NCBI GenBank assembly: GCA_016866475.1
Contig: VGMF01000005.1
Coordinates: forward strand, 37,340-101,339
DNA: 64,000 bases
Reading direction: 5' to 3'
Source: Chlamydiota bacterium
Lineage (GTDB): Bacteria; Chlamydiota; Chlamydiia; Chlamydiales; RGXB01
Part shown: positions 57,337 through 64,000 of the stretch, in pieces
How positions within the stretch are numbered: the stretch's first letter is position 1
Layout of the letters: each line of letters begins with the position of its first letter
The notes under the pieces: generated by a model
Told to the model about the DNA's origin: nothing
Database searches by the model: none
What the model saw: only the letters and a program-made list of their open reading frames with translations
Position numbers and translations under genes: made by a program

Positions 57337-60300
57337 TTAAGAGTTGAAAACTTGGTCGGTTTTGGATTTTTCTTTTAGGTCCAAAAATTTTTTGGTCATC
57401 TCTACAGCCAAGGGCAACGCCTCTTTCCCATAATCTCCAAACCGCAAGTACACGACAACAACAAGGTCCGGATTTTCAAACATAGGGGCATTTTCATCGT
57501 AGTGTACCAGAGCAAACCAAGTGTGCTTGACAAGTGCAGAGTCTCCCTCCTTATCTAAAAAGGGGCGGTAGCTTATCTGAGCTGTTGCAGTTTTGCCAAT
57601 AAGGTAAGGGCGCAGCTTGTTATAATCTTTTTTCATTTCTGGATGGCGAAAATAGGTGCGGATCGCTTCGGGTCTTGCGCCACCTCGCTCCCCATTCAAA
57701 ACTTTGTGCATCCCTTTGAGAAGCGGATAAGAGAGCTCTTTGGGGAATGCAAATGCGCGCACCGTTTGCGATTCAAACGGGAGAACAAACGGGGCCAGAC
57801 TATGGTTCAGAGTTTTTGAAAATAGGGCAGGTTGCAGGTGGAACGGTGCAAAATACTGTTCAAATCTTTTCAAAGTTGTTTGCTGAGGGGTATAGGCGCC
57901 TAAAAGGGCTTTGGCAACACGGGGCTTTTTCACTTGCCCCTCGTTAACTAACGCTCCGAGCAAATTTGCGACTTGCAGCGGGGTGACTGTGAGCAGGTGT
58001 TGGCCGATGGCAAAAGCGTATAAACCCGTTTTGTTATAGCTTAGGTCAAAAGGGAGGGTACCGCCGATTTCCATAGGCAAATCGATCCCGGTTCTTGAAC
58101 CTAGACCCATAGATTTTGAAGCGCTCAAAAGCTCTTCATTTGCCCCCTCGGCCAGTAAAGAAAAATAGATGTTGGAGGATTGCTCTATGGCTCTTTCAAG
58201 ATCGCATTTACCAATCGGATGGTCGCTTCTGGGCAAACGGCCGCCGCGAAAATTTCTGGTGATTGGAGTGCCGTCTTGCAAAAACCCGAGGATGTTTTTC
58301 GGATCCAGAGGATCTCCCCTTGGCCCTTCATCGCGTATAGTAAGGGGATTCGGATCAAAAGGTTTGGTGAAATCGAGCTCTTTTTCCAAATGTCTTTTAA
58401 GCCCCGCATACCCTGAAACGATTTTAAAAATCGATCCCAAAGGGGCCGATTCCTGATACGCAAAAGAGCGAAAAAAACCGAAACCATGCCTTGGGTAAAA
58501 TCCCTGGGCAAGCTGCTTCTCATGTCCGTTCAGCATTTTGCTTGTTCGTACAACCTGCACCAAATTCTGTATCAGATGGGCTGGAAAATCTTGCAATCTT
58601 TTTTGAATTTGAGGGACAGAAGGGATTTTGGAGAGCTCTTCACACAACCGATATTTGGGATCAAATAGAGGTGCGATATTTGCTCCCAAGAGTGCAGAGG
58701 AGATGAGAAGGGGGCGGTTTCTCTCGTAAAAAGTCTCAAAGAACTCCTCCTCTTTGGGCTTTAAATAGTCCAAATAGGGGAGCTTTCCACCGTTTTTGCG
58801 GATTTGTTGTAGAAAGGAGGGGAAATAATTTTTTCTGAAAACGGGCATGTAGGTGGTTTTGAACAGAAGGCGACTTTGCTTTTTGACCCCTTTTTCAAGT
58901 TTTCGAATTTGTTGGCACAAAGCCACAAAATGTTCTACTGGCTCATCGGTCAGCGCTATCTTAAGAGAATCGCTAAAGTTTTCCAGCGGGGCAAAAAGAT
59001 GGCAAAGATCATACAGCAACAGCCGGTCTTTCGAATGGCGGATGTTTGAGAATAGAGGGGAAAGGAATTGTTGTTCATAAAAGAACTCTTCCGGAACATT
59101 AAAATGGACTTGGTGAGGATCGGGGTTGAAGAGGCCATCTAATAGAGCTTGCACCGATTGTTGTTGGAAATGGTGCAACAAAGTCATGATCGCCTGTTGT
59201 AAGAAAAGCATTTTTCCAACTGTTTTGAGTTTTGAGAGAGATCTTTTTACCTGGCAGTCGGTTGATAAAATCTGGTCCAAAAACATCTCGTAGGTCAAAT
59301 AGGAGGTCTCAAAAAAGGGCTGTTTTGTGCTGGGGTCCAGCCGCTCTTTCAACAGGGGCTTTGCACCATCAAAAATTTCTAGTATGTGATCGGGCGACTC
59401 CAGCCACATTTGTGGATCCATGCCGGGATGCATCCGAGGGTAGGAGGCAAGGGACAAGACTGCGGAAGTTTTAGGATCTAAAACAACAATAGCACCCCCT
59501 TTGATGAACGGGGCTGCAATTTTGCTGTGGTCCTTGCTCAAAAGTTTGAACTGGTCGTCACGCTCTTTTTCATTTTGGATTAAGAGCTCTTCTGCGTGCT
59601 TTTGGAGTTCCAAGTCTATAGTTAAAAGGAGCCGTTTCCCCGGTAGCGGGTCGACAGACTCGGGGAGTTTCCTTAAAAATCGCCCTTTTACATCCACTTC
59701 AAAGCGCTCTTTTCCGGGAAATCCGCGCAGATGGTTGTCGTAAACCTCCTCAACTCCTCCCCGGCCTACAAAAGAATGGAGCCGGTAGCTGAGCTTTTGA
59801 AGCTCCTGATAACGGTCTAAAGCTTTGTGAAATGAAAAAAAACCGACAGGTAACGGAGTGGCTATCCCTTCTTTTCTTTTGTTTAGAAACGATCTCAATA
59901 CCTCTAATTCATGCTGTAACTTAGCCATCTGCGTACTCTGGATCGGACCTAAAAGGCCCAGAACGTTCAACCCTACCGGTCCTTGCGGGTAGTGGCGCTT
60001 CGAGCGGATCCTTACGTCGAGCCCGGGCCAGTTTTTCTCCTCCATTTTTAAGAGGTAAAACAGCCCCTCTTCCACATCCTGCTTCAGAGGAAAAAAAGTG
60101 TTGGGAAACAGGGCCGCTTTTGAAAAGATCATATCCTCGATCGACTGTCTGTCGACCTGAAGTTTTTTGGCTAAAAAAACAGAAAGGGTCTGGATATACT
60201 CTTTTCTAGGAAAGGTTTTTTTACCGTTTCGTACAGACACGCGAGGTAAAAGTGCAATTTTATCAAAAGTGATCCCTATCTCATAGGCAATGCGGTTGAT

Positions 60301-60504
60301 GACAAGGGGGCGGTTATTACAATCCCGAATCGTCCCCCTGTCAGGTTCCAGGTGGATCGAAAGCTCCCTGGGCCCCTTCGATTGCTCCAAATACGAATCG
60401 TGCATCCATAGGGTGAGATAAGCGACGCGGCAAAAAAGGACAAAAAAAGCGGTTGCAAAAATAAGCAGTGCAAAAAGGGTGTGGTTTATGGAGCGATTGC
60501 GCAT
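57337..60504 (-). CDS. class B penicillin-binding protein (chlamydial-type long PBP2 transpeptidase)
   Basis: N-terminal TM. PBP dimerisation domain. Active-site SxxK motif SIFKIV in the C-terminal transpeptidase domain. About 1055 aa with large insertions. Confidence 0.85.
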   Translation of the reverse strand: MRNRSINHTLFALLIFATAFFVLFCRVAYLTLWMHDSYLEQSKGPRELSIHLEPDRGTIRDCNNRPLVINRIAYEIGITFDKIALLPRVSVRNGKKTFPRKEYIQTLSVFLAKKLQVDRQSIEDMIFSKAALFPNTFFPLKQDVEEGLFYLLKMEEKNWPGLDVRIRSKRHYPQGPVGLNVLGLLGPIQSTQMAKLQHELEVLRSFLNKRKEGIATPLPVGFFSFHKALDRYQELQKLSYRLHSFVGRGGVEEVYDNHLRGFPGKERFEVDVKGRFLRKLPESVDPLPGKRLLLTIDLELQKHAEELLIQNEKERDDQFKLLSKDHSKIAAPFIKGGAIVVLDPKTSAVLSLASYPRMHPGMDPQMWLESPDHILEIFDGAKPLLKERLDPSTKQPFFETSYLTYEMFLDQILSTDCQVKRSLSKLKTVGKMLFLQQAIMTLLHHFQQQSVQALLDGLFNPDPHQVHFNVPEEFFYEQQFLSPLFSNIRHSKDRLLLYDLCHLFAPLENFSDSLKIALTDEPVEHFVALCQQIRKLEKGVKKQSRLLFKTTYMPVFRKNYFPSFLQQIRKNGGKLPYLDYLKPKEEEFFETFYERNRPLLISSALLGANIAPLFDPKYRLCEELSKIPSVPQIQKRLQDFPAHLIQNLVQVVRTSKMLNGHEKQLAQGFYPRHGFGFFRSFAYQESAPLGSIFKIVSGYAGLKRHLEKELDFTKPFDPNPLTIRDEGPRGDPLDPKNILGFLQDGTPITRNFRGGRLPRSDHPIGKCDLERAIEQSSNIYFSLLAEGANEELLSASKSMGLGSRTGIDLPMEIGGTLPFDLSYNKTGLYAFAIGQHLLTVTPLQVANLLGALVNEGQVKKPRVAKALLGAYTPQQTTLKRFEQYFAPFHLQPALFSKTLNHSLAPFVLPFESQTVRAFAFPKELSYPLLKGMHKVLNGERGGARPEAIRTYFRHPEMKKDYNKLRPYLIGKTATAQISYRPFLDKEGDSALVKHTWFALVHYDENAPMFENPDLVVVVYLRFGDYGKEALPLAVEMTKKFLDLKEKSKTDQVFNS

Positions 60505-60715
60505 CTAGACAGTCTCCTAAAAAAAAGTTTTTTTGGGAATGGCGTATCTTTTAAAATTTAGAAGGTTCTATTTTTAATTTTTTTGTTTGAGCCGCACATC
60601 TTTTAGTAAAGCGCTCTAAAAACTACGACATTATAGACTTTTTTTCAAAATACAGGCTCAATCTTTTCACTTTTCAAAAAATGTACAGATCTGGAATACT
60701 TTAGGTACCTTATAA

Positions 60716-60786
60716 GCGCTCATAGTTTAAAGGTAGAACTACAGCCTTCCAAGCTGTTAGTGTCGGTTCGATTCCGACTGGGCGCT
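60716..60786 (+). tRNA. tRNA-Gly (anticodon UCC)
   Basis: GCGCTCATAGTTTAAAGGTAGAACTACAGCCTTCCAAGCTGTTAGTGTCGGTTCGATTCCGACTGGGCGCT. Anticodon loop CTTCCAA. Cloverleaf pairs well. Confidence 0.8.
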
Positions 60787-60991
60787 TTTTCTATTCTGTA
60801 TAAAACCAATCTGCTCTTTCCTCTTTAAAAAATCATATGAATCTGCTATGCTTCCCCCAGCCGGCCGGTCCATCGTTTTTACAAGCGATAGAATTCCTCT
60901 AAAGTAAAAACAAAATTTTGATGTGACTTTGGCATAAACGAACCCTATCGCCCGGGAAGGCGTCCGGAGAGGGGAATGCTAAGGAGTTATT

Positions 60992-61810
60992 TTGAGCCAT
61001 AAAGAGCCAACAATCAAGGAGCTCATCGAGGCGGGTGCCCATTTTGGACATCAAACGCGTCGTTGGAACCCAAAAATGAAACGTTTTATCTTCTCTGAAG
61101 AGAACGGCATCCACATCATCGACCTTTCCAAAACCGTACATCAGCTTAAAAAAGCAATAGAGGCGGCAAAAGCGATTGTTTCCAAACACAAAAGTGTCCT
61201 TTTCGTTGGGACAAAAAAACAAGCCAAAGACGTCGTAAAAGAGACAGCGGAAGCTTGCCAAGAGTTTTATGTATCCGAGCGCTGGTTGGGCGGGATGCTT
61301 ACGAACCTCGCAACGATTCGTAAGTCGGTAAAAAAACTGGAAAGCCTGGAAAAAAAACTTGCTTCTGAAGGCAGCGAATACACGAAAAAAGAGCGACTCC
61401 TTCTCGGAAAAGATCAAGTTAAATTGAGTCGTAACCTTTCCGGTATCCGTGGGATGCGTAGAGCTCCCGGCCTGATGATTGTAGTAGATCCAAGCAAAGA
61501 GGATATTGCGGTATTAGAAGCTAAGAAACTAAACATTCCCGTAATGGCAATTGTGGACACAAACTGCGATCCTTCTTTGATCGATTATGTGATCCCTGCA
61601 AACGACGATGCGCAAAAAAGCGTTAAAGTGATCCTTGATGCCCTTTCCGGCGCGATCAAAGTTGCAAAAGAAGAGGCGGCTCCGCATCAACGCGAAGACA
61701 ATTCTGAAAAAGCGGAGAAAGGCGAAGGGTTTGAAAAAGAGCGCGAAGCTAAAAAATCTGATAGACCACGTCGTCCTCGTAGAGAGGCAGTAGCTGAGGT
61801 AGCAAAATGA
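60992..61810 (+). CDS. rpsB: 30S ribosomal protein S2
   Basis: TTG start. LIEAGAHFGHQTRRWNPKM signature. Lys/Glu-rich C-terminal tail. Confidence 0.95.
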   Translation: MSHKEPTIKELIEAGAHFGHQTRRWNPKMKRFIFSEENGIHIIDLSKTVHQLKKAIEAAKAIVSKHKSVLFVGTKKQAKDVVKETAEACQEFYVSERWLGGMLTNLATIRKSVKKLESLEKKLASEGSEYTKKERLLLGKDQVKLSRNLSGIRGMRRAPGLMIVVDPSKEDIAVLEAKKLNIPVMAIVDTNCDPSLIDYVIPANDDAQKSVKVILDALSGAIKVAKEEAAPHQREDNSEKAEKGEGFEKEREAKKSDRPRRPRREAVAEVAK

Positions 61811-62631
61811 GCGTAGTTTCTGCAAAAGATGTTGTTCGCCTGCGTGAGGTGAGCGGAGTTGGAATGCAAGATTGCAAAAAGGCTTTGGACGAAGCCGGCG
61901 GAAATTTTGACCTTGCATTGGAGCATTTGCGCAAGAGAGGTTTGGCTCAAGCGGCCAAAAAAGCCACTCGTGAAGCAAAAGAGGGTGTGATTCGAGTAGC
62001 CGACGACTCTCACAGGATCGCAGTTGTTGAAGTCAATTGTGAAACGGATTTCGTGGTACGTAATGATGATTACCGTGATTTTGCCCAGTCGGTAACAGAG
62101 CTCGCTTTGCACAACCATCCAAAGACTCTAGAAGCTCTTCGTGAACTTTGCGAAGATAGAAGAGCCGCTTTGGTTGGAAAAATCGGGGAAAACATCGTAG
62201 TCAATCGCTACACCCTTTTTGAGAAAAAAGAGGGGCATTCTTATGGTATCTATGTCCACGGCGATGGAAAAATCGTTTGTGTTGTAGATATTAAAGGCGC
62301 CCATATGGGAGATGTTGCCAAAGAAGTTGCGATGCATAGTGCAGCCGCCCACCCGCAATACCTAGATCCCGAAGATGTGCCAAGTGAGATCATTTCCAAA
62401 GAGGAAGAGATTGCTCGCGCGCAAATTCATGGGAAACCGGAAAACGTGGTGCAAAAAATTATCGAGGGTAAAAAGAACACCTACTTTGCTGAGGTTTGTT
62501 TGAAAAAGCAAAAGTTCATCAAAGATGAGTCCTTGACAATTGAAGAGTATGTGCGTAAAAAAGGTAAGGAGCTTGGAGCGGGTGATCTAACGATTATCTC
62601 CTCTTTTGTTCGGGTACAAGTCGGGGTTTAA
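61807..62631 (+). CDS. tsf: elongation factor Ts
   Basis: UBA-like N-terminus VRLREVSGVGMQDCKKAL. Overlaps the rpsB stop (ATGA). Confidence 0.95.
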   Translation: MSVVSAKDVVRLREVSGVGMQDCKKALDEAGGNFDLALEHLRKRGLAQAAKKATREAKEGVIRVADDSHRIAVVEVNCETDFVVRNDDYRDFAQSVTELALHNHPKTLEALRELCEDRRAALVGKIGENIVVNRYTLFEKKEGHSYGIYVHGDGKIVCVVDIKGAHMGDVAKEVAMHSAAAHPQYLDPEDVPSEIISKEEEIARAQIHGKPENVVQKIIEGKKNTYFAEVCLKKQKFIKDESLTIEEYVRKKGKELGAGDLTIISSFVRVQVGV

Positions 62632-62635
62632 TTGC

Positions 62636-63319
62636 ATGCAAAAAAGGCGCTTTGTCCTAAAGATCTCCGGAGAAATTCTTTCTCCGATGATCTCTGAAGG
62701 TAAAGCTGCTTCTTTAGCAAACACTCTAATCGAGCTTTCAAAGCACGCTGAGCTGGCTGTTGTCCTTGGTGCAGGAAATCTGTACCGCGGCAGAGATGCC
62801 GGCTCTTCGATTTTTAGAGGTTTAGCTGATGAAGTGGGGATGTTGGCAACTGTGATGAATGCTAAAGTTGTCAGCAGTTATTTAAAAGGAATGGGAAGGG
62901 TTTTTACAGCGAAGCCAATTGCTGCGGAGGTTCTTTATCAAAGATCTGAAGTGGATATGTGGTTGAATGGTGGGGGTGTAGCCTTTTTGGCTTATGGCAC
63001 AGGCCTTCCCTATTTTTCTACCGATTCCGCAGCCGCATTTTATGCTATAGATTTGGATGCGGATCAGATTTTAAAAGCTACAAATGTAGACGGTGTATAC
63101 GACAAAGACCCGAAAAAACATGCGGCTGCAAATAGATTTTTACAACTCACATATCAAGAGGCGATAGAAAAGGATTTAAAGGTGATGGATCAGACGGCGT
63201 TTGTTTTATTGAAGGAGCATCCGGTCCCAATCCGTGTTTTTTCCTTTGATCTATTGGATCAAATTCTCAAAGACGAAACTTTAGGCACACATATTTATGG
63301 ATCTAAAAAAGAAAAATAG
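62636..63319 (+). CDS. pyrH: UMP kinase
   Basis: RFVLKISGE and VVLGAGNLYRG motifs. Start placed at MQKRRF. Confidence 0.9.
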   Translation: MQKRRFVLKISGEILSPMISEGKAASLANTLIELSKHAELAVVLGAGNLYRGRDAGSSIFRGLADEVGMLATVMNAKVVSSYLKGMGRVFTAKPIAAEVLYQRSEVDMWLNGGGVAFLAYGTGLPYFSTDSAAAFYAIDLDADQILKATNVDGVYDKDPKKHAAANRFLQLTYQEAIEKDLKVMDQTAFVLLKEHPVPIRVFSFDLLDQILKDETLGTHIYGSKKEK

Positions 63320-63833
63320 CGAAACGATCGAACACTTTAAAACAGAGCTGAAAAAATTGCGCTCCGGCAGGATCACGGCACAAACACTAGATCACGTGAA
63401 AGTGGATATGATGGGAGCTTTTAAACCGTTGAAATCTTGCGGACAGATTTCTTGTCATGATCGTCAGATTTTGATCGTCCTTTATGACCCGTCGATGGCT
63501 CAGGCGGTATCCAAAGCAATAGAGGAGTCCTCCAGCTATGCCCAGGTAATCATCGAAAAAGGGCAAGTTAGAGTGAATTTTTCTTCCCCATCTAAAGAGA
63601 CACGACAAGAGACGTTGAAGCTTGCATCTAAAAAAGCCGAAGAGGCAAAAATTTCTGTCAGGCAACATCGCAAAGAGATGATCGACTTTCTTAAAAAGCA
63701 GAAATCTCAAAATGAGATCACTGAGGATTTGCAGAAAAAAGGGGAGAAAAAAGCCCAGGAGATGACCGACCAGGCTATCAAGGAAATTGATGCTGCCCTA
63801 GCTGAGAAAGAGAAGGAACTGCAAGAAGTTTGA
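63297..63833 (+). CDS. frr: ribosome recycling factor
   Basis: Conserved RRF core (VRQHRKEM..., KLRSGRIT). Standard rpsB-tsf-pyrH-frr order. Confidence 0.9.
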   Translation: MDLKKKNSETIEHFKTELKKLRSGRITAQTLDHVKVDMMGAFKPLKSCGQISCHDRQILIVLYDPSMAQAVSKAIEESSSYAQVIIEKGQVRVNFSSPSKETRQETLKLASKKAEEAKISVRQHRKEMIDFLKKQKSQNEITEDLQKKGEKKAQEMTDQAIKEIDAALAEKEKELQEV

Positions 63834-63886
63834 AAATATTTGCGAAAAAATAGCCGGTGTTGCTATAGTAGTACCATCACTAGCGC

Positions 63887-63959
63887 GGCCCTTTCGTCTA
63901 GAGGCCTAGGACACAAGGTTTTCATCCTTGCAACCGGGGTTCGAATCCCCGAAGGGTCA
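63887..63959 (+). tRNA. tRNA-Glu (anticodon UUC)
   Basis: GGCCCTTTCGTCTAGAGGCCTAGGACACAAGGTTTTCATCCTTGCAACCGGGGTTCGAATCCCCGAAGGGTCA. The D-arm GTCTAGAGGCC.AGGAC is typical of tRNA-Glu. Confidence 0.8.
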
Positions 63960-63966
63960 ATATACC

Positions 63967-64000
63967 GAGACATTAGCTCAGTTGGTAGAGCATCTCACTT
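63967..64000 (+). tRNA. tRNA 5-prime portion (truncated by window end; probably tRNA-Lys)
   Basis: GAGACATTAGCTCAGTTGGTAGAGCATCTCACTT: acceptor, D-arm (GCTCAGTTGGTAGAGC) and start of the anticodon stem. The anticodon position begins with T. Confidence 0.5.

Noticed and set aside
60600-60700. attatagactttttttc resembling the tatagtctttt repeat arm
   Set aside because: Only about 12 nt of similarity with one transposition; insufficient to call a fourth copy.
1-64000. CRISPR arrays, rRNA genes, transposases or integrases
   Set aside because: No regularly spaced direct repeats, no rRNA-like conserved stretches and no DDE or tyrosine-recombinase motifs were seen in any frame.

Overview
The gene content (chlamydial-type long PBP2, Tol-Pal cluster with a LysM lipoprotein and murI, sdhCAB, pseudopilins, flotillin, weak Shine-Dalgarno usage, about 42-45% GC) suggests a 64-kb chromosomal segment of a Chlamydiae-like bacterium, most plausibly an environmental chlamydia; this is an inference from the sequence alone. 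Most of the window is conserved housekeeping genes: secA, dnaB, mutL, mnmG, mnmE, ruvCA, nth, psd, sdhCAB, glgC, lipA-lpdA, hisS, gpsA, nnr, tolQ-tolR-tolA-tolB-pal, the rpsB-tsf-pyrH-frr operon, and tRNA-Ser, tRNA-Gly, tRNA-Glu plus a partial tRNA. Less ordinary content falls into six groups:
(1) a MITE-like palindromic element family (about 25-bp terminal inverted repeats, about 140-180 bp long) with two full copies at 14473-14651 and 50044-50185 and a partial copy at 51508-51538; two of these bracket a PP2C-like gene whose metal-binding motifs are degenerate.
(2) an operon of two prepilin-motif pseudopilins flanking an OPT-family transporter, plus a membrane protein.
(3) a large transmembrane sensor class III nucleotidyl cyclase next to a small histidine kinase, while the OmpR-type response regulator sits far away.
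(4) a 105-bp in-frame tandem duplication of the catalytic C-terminus of lpdA.
(5) a 29-codon highly basic micro-ORF with a Shine-Dalgarno sequence 8 nt upstream of mnmG, and a second basic micro-ORF in a 528-bp convergent gap.
(6) a HExxH-motif protein with an Inc-like bilobed hydrophobic domain, and a hypothetical gene lying between tRNA-Ser and a degenerate tRNA 3-prime fragment.
There is no CRISPR array, rRNA or recognisable transposase. Coordinates of hand-called features may be off by 1-2 nt.
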